This document shows, piece by piece, positions 1-10,277 of a stretch of DNA of 64,000 bases. How positions within the stretch are numbered: the stretch's first letter is position 1; each line of letters opens with the position of its first letter. Source of the DNA: Candidatus Nitrospinota bacterium M3_3B_026 (lineage in GTDB: Bacteria > Nitrospinota_A > UBA7883 > JBPRGF01); NCBI GenBank assembly GCA_051418015.1, contig JBPRGF010000033.1, positions 352,001-416,000 of the forward strand. Reading direction: 5' to 3'. A program made the position numbers and the translations under genes. The notes beneath the pieces were generated by a model. The model was given only the letters and a program-made list of their open reading frames with translations, did no database searches and was not told the origin of the DNA.

Positions 1-5
1 TGAGG

Positions 6-1217
6 CTATGTCCTTTTGGGGTTGGAATAGTTGTGCTCTATCATGGAGCCGGCCTCGAGTATCACGCCGGGCGCGAGGGTATTCGACGCGCCCACCACGG
101 CGCCGTCGCCTATGAAGGCGCCCAGCTTGTCGATGCCGGTGTCCACTTTCCTGTTCTTTATCCTGACGGATACCGGCTTCTGGGAAACGTAGCGGTTCAG
201 CGTCATGGTGTCCGCCCCGACATCCACGTTCTCCCCTATGACGGAGTCACCGATGAAGGAGAGCCTCCCAACGACGGCGCCGGGAAATATCACGCAGTTT
301 TTCAGCTCCGCCCCCTGTCCCACAACGGCTCTCTCCCCGACGCAGGAGAAGGGGCGTATCAGCGCGTTGTGGCCTATGAAGCTGCCGGGGCCGATGTAGG
401 CCGGGCCCTGGAGAACGGCGCCGGGCATTATCTCCACCCCTTTGGATATGACCACCGGGCCCCTCAACAGAACGCCCGGAGGCGCCTCGACGCTCTCGTG
501 GACGACGGCGCTCTTCCACATGCCCATGATGGTCCTGTTGGCGGTCAGTATGTCCCATGGATAGGCCATGTCGAGCCAGTCGTCCTCCCATATGGAGGCG
601 TGGAGGGTCTCCTTGCGGATGAGCGCCCCGAGGGCTTTTTCCATGTTCCCGCCGGCTTTCTCTAGATAATTGAAGAACCGGACAGGCAGGGCGAACACCC
701 CGGCGAAAACATAGTTGCCGAGCCCTTTTTCCTTCATCGGTTTCTCGATGAACTTTGTGATACGTGCGTCCTTGTCGAAATAGACGTTGCCGTACTTCTC
801 GCCGGATATGGCGTGGCAGACCGCGGCGGTGGGCTCGCCGCTCAGGGCGAAGGACTGCAGCGTCACGCTGAATATGTTGGAGGCGGCCAGCGTGTCGCCG
901 TAGACGAGCAGGAAATGCTCACCCTTGGTGAACCTGTCCTTCGCGGCGAGGATGGCCTGCCCTATGCCACGCGGCCTGCCCTGGTCGATGAAATGGATCG
1001 ACAGCCCGGAGGGATGGTCCTCCCCCACGTGGCGGCGCAGCATGTCGCCCTTGTGGCCTATGACCATGTTCACGAGGCTTACGCCCGCTTCCTTGAGCTG
1101 GTCCAGCAGGTGGTCGACCAGGTACCTTCCCGCCACGGGGATCATCAAGTTGGGCCGCGTGGCGGAGAAGGGGGCCATGTTCGCGCCGCGACCGGCTGCC
1201 AGAACCAGAGCTTTCAT
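6..1217 (-). CDS. Archaeal-GlmU-like sugar-phosphate nucleotidyltransferase with C-terminal hexapeptide-repeat domain; catalytic motifs degenerate
   Basis: N-terminal MKALVLAAGRG, VYGD and EKP motifs; left-handed beta-helix repeats; KLGAFIGD near the C-terminus. Confidence 0.8.
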   Translation of the reverse strand: MKALVLAAGRGANMAPFSATRPNLMIPVAGRYLVDHLLDQLKEAGVSLVNMVIGHKGDMLRRHVGEDHPSGLSIHFIDQGRPRGIGQAILAAKDRFTKGEHFLLVYGDTLAASNIFSVTLQSFALSGEPTAAVCHAISGEKYGNVYFDKDARITKFIEKPMKEKGLGNYVFAGVFALPVRFFNYLEKAGGNMEKALGALIRKETLHASIWEDDWLDMAYPWDILTANRTIMGMWKSAVVHESVEAPPGVLLRGPVVISKGVEIMPGAVLQGPAYIGPGSFIGHNALIRPFSCVGERAVVGQGAELKNCVIFPGAVVGRLSFIGDSVIGENVDVGADTMTLNRYVSQKPVSVRIKNRKVDTGIDKLGAFIGDGAVVGASNTLAPGVILEAGSMIEHNYSNPKRT

Positions 1218-1285
1218 ATCAGCAATTCAGAACCTTATCCATGTAAACCGCGATTATAATTCCCACGGGCCGAAAAGAGCAACTT

Positions 1286-2047
1286 TCACGAAACCCTCTC
1301 CCGCGCCGCAAGCAGCTTTTCCATCTTCTCAAGGTCCTCGACGGTGTTGGCCCCCATGACCTCAACCGGATCCCGCGTCTTCACGGCGGCGGCGCCATCC
1401 CCGCGCCGGACGGCGATATCTATCAGGTCCGGAAGGTAGTATTCACCCTGGGCGTTGTCGTTGTCCAGCTTATCCAGCGTGGCAAACAGAAAGGAGCTTT
1501 TGAAAACGTAGACGCCGCTGTTGACCTCCCGGACGCCAAGATGCTCAGGCGACGCGTCCCCCGCCTCCACGATGGCGGCGATCCGCTCTCCGTCCCGGAT
1601 GACCCTGCCGTAGGCTCCGGGGTCCTCCGGCTCGAACGTAAGAACGGAGACGGCGGCGCCGGACCTCCTGTGGCTGCCCAAAAGGCCGTTCAACGTCTCC
1701 GGGCGTATGAGGGGCGCGTCGCTCGACAGAACCAGGACGTCGCCCTCGAACCCGGCAAGGGCGCCGCGCGCCTGGGCCACGGCGTGGCCTGTCCCAAGCT
1801 GGGGCTCCTGGACGGCGAACCGGACGCCGGGCGAGGCCGCCTCTTTCATTACCATTTCTTTCTTGTGACCCACAACAACAACAATCCTGTCGTGGGGAAT
1901 CGCCCTTGCCGTATCGAGCAGGCGGGCGAGCATCGGCTTGCCGCCAAGGGGCAGGAGTGCCTTGGGAAGGGTGGACTTCATTCTCGTGCCCTTGCCCGCT
2001 GCCATTATCACTATGGCGGTCTTCCCGCCGCCGCCGTCGTCGCTCAT
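1286..2047 (-). CDS. GlmU N-terminal (UDP-GlcNAc pyrophosphorylase) domain only
   Basis: MAAGKGTRMKS.LPK, QLGTGHAV, YGRVIR, EVNSGVY, NAQGEYYLPD; ends with no beta-helix domain. ATG 2047 follows GGAGG (alternative start 2065). Confidence 0.85.
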   Translation of the reverse strand: MSDDGGGGKTAIVIMAAGKGTRMKSTLPKALLPLGGKPMLARLLDTARAIPHDRIVVVVGHKKEMVMKEAASPGVRFAVQEPQLGTGHAVAQARGALAGFEGDVLVLSSDAPLIRPETLNGLLGSHRRSGAAVSVLTFEPEDPGAYGRVIRDGERIAAIVEAGDASPEHLGVREVNSGVYVFKSSFLFATLDKLDNDNAQGEYYLPDLIDIAVRRGDGAAAVKTRDPVEVMGANTVEDLEKMEKLLAARERVS

Positions 2048-2327
2048 CAAAAAAGCCTCCGTCATGCGATCATGTGATTATATCCAGTGGGGAGAACGCG
2101 GACAATGAGCCGCTTCCGGGGAAGGCTTCCAGGTTTGGAAAAATCAAGGTCCTTCACGTCGCGGCGAAGACGCCGCTCGTTCAGGACGACAGTGTTTCGA
2201 GGAATCCGTGACTCTCCGGCGTCCCGGGTTTCAAGAGAGGGACCCTGTCTTTTATGGGAAAATCCAAACCGGGCCACTGCTCCGATGAGCGGCGGATATA
2301 ATGTTCGCCGGAAGATAAGGACCGAAG

Positions 2328-3332
2328 ATGAAAATACTGGTGTACGAGTTTTTCCTGGCCGGGCTCTGGCGCGATGATCCGCGCCGCTGGAGCGAGGCTT
2401 TCGTGGAGAGCGCGGCGGTGGAGGGCATGGCGATGCTGAGGGCGGCGTTTTCTGACCTTTTGCGGGCGGGCGTCGAGGCGTGGTCCATCATCCATGAGGA
2501 CTTCGGGGAGGCGGTGGGGAGCCTTTCCGGTGTCGAGGTCGTATCCTCCCGTTATGGCTCCACAATGAAAATCATCGAGGACGCTATCGAGGCCAGCGGC
2601 GCCGTCATGACGATCGCGCCGGAGATCGGCGGGCGCCTTGGCGATCTTGTGAGTCTCGCGGAGAGCAGGGGTAAAGCAATTCTCGGCTCATCAGCGCAAG
2701 CCATCCGCGCCGCCGGGGACAAGCTCCTTTTCGCCGGGATCATGGACAGACATAAGATTCCACATCCGAGGACTTTTCCACTCAACGGCGCGGGAGCGCG
2801 TTTCAAGGGGGCGTGGGTCAGCAAGCCAAGGCGCGGCGCAGGGTCCAGCGGGATCGTGAAACATCATGGAGACGCGGCGGCGCCGGATGCCGCGGACCCG
2901 GTATGCGGCGAGCTGATCGCCCAGGAGCTTGTCGAAGGCGAGACGATGAGCCTGTCCGTCGTATCTTCGGAGAAGGAAAGCGTGATACTGTCGGTGAACA
3001 GGCAGGCGCTCTCGGAAAATCATGAATACACCGGCGGGACCATACTGGACGTGGAGCCGTGGCCGGAGCTTGCGGATATGGCGCGGCGGCTGAAAGAGGC
3101 GATCCCGGGCCTGAATGGATACTGGGGCGCCGATTATCTCCAGACCGCCGCCGGGCCGGTGGTGATAGAGGTTAACCCGAGGCTTACCACTTCGTATGCG
3201 GCTCTCTCCCGCGCGCTCGATGTAAACCCGGCCGAGGCGATCCTCGCGGCGGCGTTTCAAAGACCGTTGCCCGCTGTTTCGGGGCGAAGGGAAATCGTCT
3301 TCCGCAGGGATGGGGGTCTTTTGGAATCATGA
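2328..3332 (+). CDS. ATP-grasp protein, MfnD (tyramine-glutamate ligase)/H4MPT-MFR cluster type
   Basis: MKILVYEF, EG.AML, IAPE, DK, KP..GAGS, QE.VEG, LSVNRQ, GYWGAD, IEVNPRLTTSY. Confidence 0.8.
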   Translation: MKILVYEFFLAGLWRDDPRRWSEAFVESAAVEGMAMLRAAFSDLLRAGVEAWSIIHEDFGEAVGSLSGVEVVSSRYGSTMKIIEDAIEASGAVMTIAPEIGGRLGDLVSLAESRGKAILGSSAQAIRAAGDKLLFAGIMDRHKIPHPRTFPLNGAGARFKGAWVSKPRRGAGSSGIVKHHGDAAAPDAADPVCGELIAQELVEGETMSLSVVSSEKESVILSVNRQALSENHEYTGGTILDVEPWPELADMARRLKEAIPGLNGYWGADYLQTAAGPVVIEVNPRLTTSYAALSRALDVNPAEAILAAAFQRPLPAVSGRREIVFRRDGGLLES

Positions 3333-4333
3333 GAGTCCTGGGGCTGGACGTCGGCGGGGCGCATGTCAAGTACGCGCTCTATGTCATGGGGGCGGAGAGG
3401 CTCCCGGAGCGCGGGACCCTGCCTTTCGAGATTTTCCGCGAACAAGAGATACTCTCAGCGTTGCTTAAAAAAACGCGGGAAGAGACACGGCCGGACGCTG
3501 TTGCGCTCACGATGACGGGGGAGCTTTCCGACGTCTTCAGGACGCGGCGCGAGGGCGCTCGATGGATAGTGAGGACGGGCCGGGAGGCCATGCGCCCGCT
3601 CCCTCTGAAGGTCGTGGACGTGGACGGGGCGCTCGTCGATCCCTCAAGAGCCATGCGCGAATGGGCCGCCGTGGCGTCGGCCAACTGGGCCGCCGTGGCG
3701 CGATGGGTCAGCCGCCATGTCCGGGACTGCCTGGTGGTCGACATCGGCTCCACCACCGTGGACATCCTGCCGGTCAAAAACGGCGAGCCAGCGGCGCGGG
3801 GAAGAACCGACCTTGAGAGGCTCATGACCGGCGAGCTTTTGTACACCGGCTATCTGCGGACGAACGCGGCGTTCGTCCTCCCGGAGGTCATGGTGAGAGG
3901 ACGGAGGACGCGGACATGCCCGGAGCATTTCGCGATCATGGGCGATATTCATCTTTACCTCGGCGACATGGGGCCGAAGGACTACACCACGTCCACCCCC
4001 GACGGGCGGGCGAAATCGAAGAGAGCAGCGGGGGAGAGGATCGCAAGGCTCGTCCTTTCCGAGGCGGCCGAACTCGGCGGGGACGAGATAAGAAAAATCG
4101 CGGCGCAGGCGAGTCAGGCTCAGGCTAGACGGATCACGGACGCCGTAATGAAGGTTTTAATATCGCAACGCCTCCGGGACGCGCCTGTCATCCTGACGGG
4201 GCCGGGAGGGAGGATTTACCGGGACGCGCTGCGGGCGAGTATTAGCGTAAAGACGCTGGAGAGGGTAGGGCGAACGCCAGCGGGGAGGATCGACCCCGCC
4301 GCCTGCGCGGCGGCGCTGTGGGAGCAGTTATGA
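3329..4333 (+). CDS. Hydantoinase/oxoprolinase-family protein, MfnF/Orf9 (H4MPT-linked C1 pathway) type
   Basis: GLDVGGAHVK, LTMTGELSDVF, ASANW, VDIGSTTVDI, TDLERL..GELLYTG.LRT, TPDGR; ATGA overlap with the upstream gene. Confidence 0.85.
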   Translation: MRVLGLDVGGAHVKYALYVMGAERLPERGTLPFEIFREQEILSALLKKTREETRPDAVALTMTGELSDVFRTRREGARWIVRTGREAMRPLPLKVVDVDGALVDPSRAMREWAAVASANWAAVARWVSRHVRDCLVVDIGSTTVDILPVKNGEPAARGRTDLERLMTGELLYTGYLRTNAAFVLPEVMVRGRRTRTCPEHFAIMGDIHLYLGDMGPKDYTTSTPDGRAKSKRAAGERIARLVLSEAAELGGDEIRKIAAQASQAQARRITDAVMKVLISQRLRDAPVILTGPGGRIYRDALRASISVKTLERVGRTPAGRIDPAACAAALWEQL

Positions 4334-5059
4334 AGCGCCGCCTGCCTCCTGGTAGGCCTCCCAGATCATCGGCCATCCCTTTTTCACTATCCGGGCCATG
4401 ACCTCGGCGTAGTCGCGGATTTCTTTCTGCGCGTCGGGCGCGAGGCGCAGGCTGAAGTAGTGCAGGAGATTGCGCATGTCCATTGTCCAGATGATCTGCG
4501 TGTAGGCCGAAACCGGCAGAACGACGCGCGCCTGCTCCCGCGCCACGCCGAGCTCGATCAGTTTTTTGTACGTCGTGTAGGCTTGGTGGTTCGCGGTGTC
4601 GATGAGCGTTCTCGCCTTGTCGGCCACTTCCTCCCCCAGCGGCCCGGCGCTCATCTGCTTGTTTGTCCTGTGCTGGGAGCGCACGTCGTCCTTGGCCGGG
4701 GCGTAGAACATCTCCGGGCATTCGGTGTAGCGGAACGACCATTCGTTCAGGCTGGCGGTGCGGTGCCGCACGTGCTGGCGCATGACGAAGATGGGCAGCC
4801 GCACCCGGAAGGTGACCACCACCATCTCGTAAGGCGACGTGTGGCGGTCTCCCCACAACCTTTTTATGAGCCGCCTGTCCGCCTCTTCGTCCTTGCCTTC
4901 GCTTCGCTGGTAGGAGGTCCTGGCGGCCCGGGCGACTGTCCTGTCGTCGCCGAGATAGTCCACAAGCTCCACCTCGCCGTGGGTGTGCACTTTGTGGACG
5001 CGGCCCAGCTCCTCCTCGGCGCCTGGGCTTATGGCGCGGCTGGTCTGGTTTTCTCTCAA
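4328..5059 (-). CDS. thyX: FAD-dependent thymidylate synthase
   Basis: AARTSY, HTSPYE, RQHVRHRTASLNEWSFRY (RHRx7S), AREQAR, LRL...AQ.EIR. Confidence 0.95.
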   Translation of the reverse strand: MRENQTSRAISPGAEEELGRVHKVHTHGEVELVDYLGDDRTVARAARTSYQRSEGKDEEADRRLIKRLWGDRHTSPYEMVVVTFRVRLPIFVMRQHVRHRTASLNEWSFRYTECPEMFYAPAKDDVRSQHRTNKQMSAGPLGEEVADKARTLIDTANHQAYTTYKKLIELGVAREQARVVLPVSAYTQIIWTMDMRNLLHYFSLRLAPDAQKEIRDYAEVMARIVKKGWPMIWEAYQEAGGAS

Positions 5060-5174
5060 TATCTTTGCTCTTCGTCCTTGCTGATAAGCGAGGATGTTAC
5101 TCCTTTTCGCGGCCCGCCGTCCAGAGCCTCAGCCCGCGGGCGCCGGCCCAGCCAGGGAAAACCTGAACCGGACA

Positions 5175-6581
5175 CTATCGGCCCGCGCCCGCCCCGGCAT
5201 ATTCGGCGGCGGATCTTATCAGCGCAAGACACTTCTCCCTTCCCATGGCGGCCATCACCTCGAAAAGGCCGGGGCTGACGGTCCCGCCGGTCAGCGCCAC
5301 CCGCGTCGGCTGGGCGAGGTTTTTGAGCTTTAAACCCTTCTCGTCCAGCAGGGCGCGAAATTCTTTTTCGATATCCTCCCCGGATCCGAAGTCCACCTTC
5401 TCGAGCCTCTCCGCAAGCTCCTTCAACACCGGGGCTATCTCGGGCTTCAAGAACTTTTTGGCGGCCTTCTCGTCATACTCCACTCTGTCCGTGAAAAAGC
5501 AGACCATCCCCGCGGCAAGCTCCTCGGCCGTCCTGGCGCGCTGGCGCAGCATGGGAAGCAACGGCTTTATGCCGGCCTCGTCCGCCTCAATATTCCTTTT
5601 CTTCAAAAATTCTTCGGCCAGCGCGGAGAGCTGATCCTCCGGGGCCATTTTTATGTGCTCCGCGTTGAGCCATATCAGCTTCTCTTCGTTGAAGGAGGCG
5701 GCGGACTTGGTGACGGCGTCGAGATCAAAAAGCTCCGCAAGCTCGGCGATCGTGAAAACCTCCCTGTCCCCGTGGCTCCAGCCAAGGCGGACAAGGTAGT
5801 TGAAAAGGGCGGAGGGCAGGATCCCCCTGTCGCGGTATTCCAGGACGGACAGCGCCCCGTGGCGCTTTGAAAGGCGTTTGCCGTCTGGCCCGAGGATCAT
5901 GGAGACGTGGGCGAACTTCGGCGGCTCGATGCCGAGCGCGTCGTAGATAACCGCCTGTCTTGGTGTGTTGGCCAGGTGGTCATCGCCGCGGATGACGTGG
6001 GTTATCTTCATTTCAGCGTCGTCCACCACCACGCAGAAGTTATAGGTCGGCGTCCCGTCGGCCCGGGCGATTATCATGTCGTCGAGTTGCTCGTTGTCGA
6101 ACCTTATGTATCCGCGCAAAAGGTCCTCCACGGCGGTGACGCCGGAGAGCGGCGTGGCGAAACGGACGACGTAGGGCTCGCCGATGTCGGCGGGGATGTT
6201 TTTGTTTCTGCACGTCCCGTCGTACTTGGGCTTTTTGCCGGCTTTCAGAAGCTGCTCGCGTTTTCGCTCCAGCTCCTCCTTCGGGCAGACGCACCGGTAG
6301 GCTTTGCCTTCGGCCAGCAGGCGGTCTATGTATTCCCTGTAGATATCCTGCCGCTCGGTCTGCCGATAGGGTCCCTCGTCGTGATCCATCCCCAGCCACT
6401 TCATGGACTCGATGATCTGGGCGATGGAGTCCTCGGTGGAGCGCTCGCGGTCTGTATCCTCTATCCGAAGGACAAAAATTCCGTCGTGGCGGCGGGCATA
6501 GAGCCAGTTGAAGATGGCCGTGCGGGCGCCGCCTATGTGCAGGTATCCCGTCGGGCTGGGGGCGAACCTCGTCCTTACCAT
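5175..6581 (-). CDS. gltX: Glutamate--tRNA ligase
   Basis: RTRFAPSPTGYLHIGG, LRIEDTD, HVIRGDDH, KRLSKR. Confidence 0.97.
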   Translation of the reverse strand: MVRTRFAPSPTGYLHIGGARTAIFNWLYARRHDGIFVLRIEDTDRERSTEDSIAQIIESMKWLGMDHDEGPYRQTERQDIYREYIDRLLAEGKAYRCVCPKEELERKREQLLKAGKKPKYDGTCRNKNIPADIGEPYVVRFATPLSGVTAVEDLLRGYIRFDNEQLDDMIIARADGTPTYNFCVVVDDAEMKITHVIRGDDHLANTPRQAVIYDALGIEPPKFAHVSMILGPDGKRLSKRHGALSVLEYRDRGILPSALFNYLVRLGWSHGDREVFTIAELAELFDLDAVTKSAASFNEEKLIWLNAEHIKMAPEDQLSALAEEFLKKRNIEADEAGIKPLLPMLRQRARTAEELAAGMVCFFTDRVEYDEKAAKKFLKPEIAPVLKELAERLEKVDFGSGEDIEKEFRALLDEKGLKLKNLAQPTRVALTGGTVSPGLFEVMAAMGREKCLALIRSAAEYAGAGAGR

Positions 6582-6587
6582 CGGGCG

Positions 6588-8363
6588 CTAAAGGTCCCTC
6601 TTTATGCCGAGTTCCTTGAGCTGTTTCCTGTCCACCTCCGCCGGGGCCTCCGTGAGCAGGCAGAAGGCTTTTTGGGTTTTCGGGAAGGCTATGACATCGC
6701 GAATTGACTCGGATTCGGTCAATATCGCCATCAGCCTGTCCACGCCGAAGGCGATGCCCCCGTGCGGCGGCGCGCCATACTCCAGCGCATCGAGCAGGAA
6801 GCCGAACTTGGCGCGGGCCTCGTCGGCGCCGATGCCGAGGGCGGCGAACATCTTTTTCTGGACCTCCCTGTCGTGGATGCGGATGGAGCCGCCGCCTATC
6901 TCCACCCCGTTCAGGGCCAGGTCGTAGGAGCGGGCCCGCATCTTCAGCGGGTCGGCGCCGAACAGGGGAATGTCCTCCTCCACCGGCGACGTGAAGGGGT
7001 GATGCAGCGCCACGCTGCGTTTCTCGTTCTCGTCGTATTCGAGCAACGGAAAATCCGTCACCCAGACGAAGCTGTAGACCGAGTCGTCGATAAGACCCAG
7101 CTTGCGGCCGAGGGAGGCTCGAAGAAAACCCAGGACTGACGGCGCGACGCTTTTCTTGTCGGCGACGAAAACGATCAGGTCGCCCTCCTTCGCCCCCGTG
7201 GCGGACTTGAAGTTATCGAGGACCTCCGGCGTGAAGAACTTCGTTATCGACGACACAAAACCCTCGTCCGTAACCTTTATCCAGGCCAGCCCTTTGGCCC
7301 CGTGGACTTTTGCTTCTTCTATAAGGTCGTCGATCTCCCTGCGGGAGGCACCGGCCATGCCGGGGACGGCCATGGCGCGGACGGTCCCGCCGCCGCCGAC
7401 GGCGTCCTTGAAAACCTTGAAGCCGGACTCCGCCGCCGCTTCGGAGACGTCGGCAAGCTCCATGCCGAACCGGGTGTCCGGCCTGTCGGAGCCGAACCTG
7501 TCCATGGCCTCTTTATGGGTCAGCCGCGCGAAAGGTTTTTGGAGTTTAATCCCGACGGCCGCCTCGAAGATGGCCGACATCATCCCTTCGCATATCTCCA
7601 TTATGAGGTCTTCGTCGGCGAAGGAAAGCTCCATGTCTATCTGGGTGAACTCCGGCTGGCGGTCTGCCCGCAGGTCCTCGTCGCGGAAGCACCGGGCGAC
7701 CTGGTAATACCTGTCCATCCCCGCCACCATGAGAAGCTGCTTGAAAAGCTGGGGCGACTGGGGCAGGGCGTAGAAATGTCCTGGGTTGAGGCGGCTCGGC
7801 ACAAGGTAGTCCCGCGCCCCTTCCGGAGTGGAACGGGTGAGCATCGGCGTTTCCACCTCAATGAACCCGGCGGCGTCGAGGTAGCCGCGGGCGGCCGCGA
7901 GGGCCTTGTGGCGCAGGATCAGGTTGCCGAGCAACGGCCCGCGCCTTATCTCCAGGTAGCGGTATTTCAGCCGCATGGCCTCGCTGGGGGTCTCGTCCTC
8001 CTCGATGACGAAAGGAGGGGTCTTCGATCTGCTCAACACCTCCGCGGTGTCGGCGTAGACTTCGATCTCTCCGGTCGGGATGTTCGAGTTTACCGTCCCC
8101 TCGGGCCTTCGGGAGACTTTTCCCTTGACGCGCAGCACCCACTCCGCGCGGACGGAGTGGGCCAGCTCGTGGGCGGCGGCGTCTATCTGTGGGTTCAGGA
8201 CGACCTGTGTCACGCCGGTCCTGTCCCAAAGGTCGACGAAGACGAGCCCGCCGTGGTCGCGCCTGCCGCGGACCCAGCCAGCCAGGGTCACCTCCCTGCC
8301 CGCGTCGTCCGGGCGCAGTTGGCCGAGCGTGTGTGTTCGTCGTTCGTTTCTATTGTCCGGCAT
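6588..8363 (-). CDS. aspS: Aspartate--tRNA ligase, probably non-discriminating (Asp/Asn)
   Basis: [55 protein letters not shown]; His in RRDHG and Gly in RPEG fit the non-discriminating type. Confidence 0.97.
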   Translation of the reverse strand: MPDNRNERRTHTLGQLRPDDAGREVTLAGWVRGRRDHGGLVFVDLWDRTGVTQVVLNPQIDAAAHELAHSVRAEWVLRVKGKVSRRPEGTVNSNIPTGEIEVYADTAEVLSRSKTPPFVIEEDETPSEAMRLKYRYLEIRRGPLLGNLILRHKALAAARGYLDAAGFIEVETPMLTRSTPEGARDYLVPSRLNPGHFYALPQSPQLFKQLLMVAGMDRYYQVARCFRDEDLRADRQPEFTQIDMELSFADEDLIMEICEGMMSAIFEAAVGIKLQKPFARLTHKEAMDRFGSDRPDTRFGMELADVSEAAAESGFKVFKDAVGGGGTVRAMAVPGMAGASRREIDDLIEEAKVHGAKGLAWIKVTDEGFVSSITKFFTPEVLDNFKSATGAKEGDLIVFVADKKSVAPSVLGFLRASLGRKLGLIDDSVYSFVWVTDFPLLEYDENEKRSVALHHPFTSPVEEDIPLFGADPLKMRARSYDLALNGVEIGGGSIRIHDREVQKKMFAALGIGADEARAKFGFLLDALEYGAPPHGGIAFGVDRLMAILTESESIRDVIAFPKTQKAFCLLTEAPAEVDRKQLKELGIKRDL

Positions 8364-8434
8364 CGCGTCCTGGAGAATTAAAAAGAAAGTCGTGGATTAT
8401 ACCATATCTTCAAAAAGGCGCTTGTGGGCCCGCG

Positions 8435-10207
8435 TTACGAAGATATCGCTTTTTTGTCCGGCCTGCTTTCGCGGGCAGGCTCCATGGGCAGCCATATCCT
8501 GAAGGTGGTCCCGGCTCCGGCGGTGGACTCGGCGGTGATGACGCCGCCGTGGCTTTCCACTATCTTGCTCACCGTGGAGAGGCCGAGGCCGGTGCCGCTT
8601 TTCTTCGTGGTGTAGAAAGGCTCGAATATCCGGGGCAGGTCCTCCGGTTTTATGCCCGGGCCGGTGTCGTTCACCTCGATCCTGACGAAATCCAGCGCGC
8701 TTTTCCTGGTCTGGGATGTCTTTTTCCTGGGCTTCTGGCGTCTTTCGAAGGGGCTTTTGGACCTTGCCGCCCGGACGGTCAGCGTCCCTCCATCTTTCAT
8801 GGCGTCCATGGCGTTCACGAGCAGGTTCCAGGTTATCTGTTTGACCCTCTCCTGGTCCACCACGGCGCAAAGGTCCTCTTCCAGGTCTTCGACGAAGGTG
8901 TATTTTCCGCCGTTCTCGGGGTCGGACTTGAGCAGCAGGAGCGTTTCCAGCAGTATCTCCGACACGTTGACGCGGGACAGGCTCAGCTTCGGCTGGGAGG
9001 CATAGCCCAAAAACTGCGTGACGGTCCGGTTCAATCTTTCGGTCTCGCGGAGTATGATGTCCATGAGCCTTTCTCCCAGGCCGTCCGCCGACGGCCCGGC
9101 CTCGGCCTTGAGCATCTGTATGGAGCCGCTGAGAGAGGCGAGAGGGTTTCTTATCTCGTGGGCTATGCTCGCGGCCACCCTGCCAATGGCTGCGAGCCGC
9201 TCGGAGTCGGCCATGCGCATCTCCATGCGTTTTCTCTCGGTCACGTCGGAGAGGACGGCCACCGCGCCCTTGACCTGGCCGTCGGCGACGAACTTGCTTA
9301 TGGTCATGTGCAGGTAGGCCTTCTCATCTCCCTTGCTGCAGGTCCAGTCATAGTCCCGGAAGTCCCCCTCCATGTCGCGAAGATGCCTGAAAAACCTTTT
9401 CATGCCCGGCAGTCTCAGCGCCGTCTCCGCCCTGCTCCCGCTGATCTTCTCCGCGGGCAGACCAAGGATCTTCTCCGCCGCGGGGTTGTGCGAGAGGATC
9501 ATCCCCTCCATGTTCATCGCCAGCAGGCCGGAGCCCATGTTGTCGACGACGTTCTTGTGGAACGCCTCGAGGAGCAGCAGGTCCTCGCTTTTCTTGGTGA
9601 GTTGCTGGTTGATCTTTCCCAGCAGGGAGGTGAGGTAGCCGCTCAGGTACGCCACCAGGTAGAAGACCGCCACCCTCATCACTCCCGTCATGAACACGAA
9701 TCCGCCCACCGTGGAGTTGTACACCGGCGGCACGACGTGATGGGGGCGCAGGAAACCGCCGTGCTCGAGGGCAAGGAGCAGGCAGTAGGCCGCGCTGGCG
9801 GCTGTGGCGGAGACGTAGGTCGAACGGCGGTCCAGGAATATGGCCGTGGCGATTATCACCAGGATATACAGGAAAGAGAAGGGGCTGTTGACGCCGCCGG
9901 TGTAGTATATGACAAGGCTGATGAGGATTATGTCCAGGAATATCTGGACGTTGACGAACCGGAGAAAATCCCGGACGAAGCGCAACGATACGGCGTAGAT
10001 GATGCTGAGGAAATACGCCGCGGCGACGGGGGTCAGCGCGGGGAGCGAGCCTATATCATGCCCCTCTCTGGCCTTGTAGAAAACTACCAGTCCCATAAAG
10101 AATGAGATGACGGCCAGGCGCGCCGCCAGGAGTACTTTGACTCTCGCCTTCAACGTCCCGCCCAGGGAGCCGCTGGACTGGTCCGGACCGGATGGATTAT
10201 CGCTCAC
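8435..10207 (-). CDS. pilS: PilS-like membrane sensor histidine kinase (TM, PAS, HisKA, HATPase)
   Basis: TGG..SPFSFLY membrane motif, AHEIRNPLAS, NLLVNAMDAM, DTGPGI, FEPFYTTK, GTGLGL; directly follows pilC. Confidence 0.8.
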   Translation of the reverse strand: MSDNPSGPDQSSGSLGGTLKARVKVLLAARLAVISFFMGLVVFYKAREGHDIGSLPALTPVAAAYFLSIIYAVSLRFVRDFLRFVNVQIFLDIILISLVIYYTGGVNSPFSFLYILVIIATAIFLDRRSTYVSATAASAAYCLLLALEHGGFLRPHHVVPPVYNSTVGGFVFMTGVMRVAVFYLVAYLSGYLTSLLGKINQQLTKKSEDLLLLEAFHKNVVDNMGSGLLAMNMEGMILSHNPAAEKILGLPAEKISGSRAETALRLPGMKRFFRHLRDMEGDFRDYDWTCSKGDEKAYLHMTISKFVADGQVKGAVAVLSDVTERKRMEMRMADSERLAAIGRVAASIAHEIRNPLASLSGSIQMLKAEAGPSADGLGERLMDIILRETERLNRTVTQFLGYASQPKLSLSRVNVSEILLETLLLLKSDPENGGKYTFVEDLEEDLCAVVDQERVKQITWNLLVNAMDAMKDGGTLTVRAARSKSPFERRQKPRKKTSQTRKSALDFVRIEVNDTGPGIKPEDLPRIFEPFYTTKKSGTGLGLSTVSKIVESHGGVITAESTAGAGTTFRIWLPMEPARESRPDKKAISS

Positions 10208-10277
10208 AAGCTCACTCGCAAAACAGACAGCGGGAGCGCCGTCCGCGGCCTTTCATGGGACCCCGGAGACCGCGGGT

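Noticed and set aside
2066..2327. Riboswitch or ncRNA upstream of the mfnD-like gene (also 21720-21980)
   Set aside because: No recognisable aptamer or convincing structure; TATAAT boxes on both strands explain the first as a divergent promoter region.
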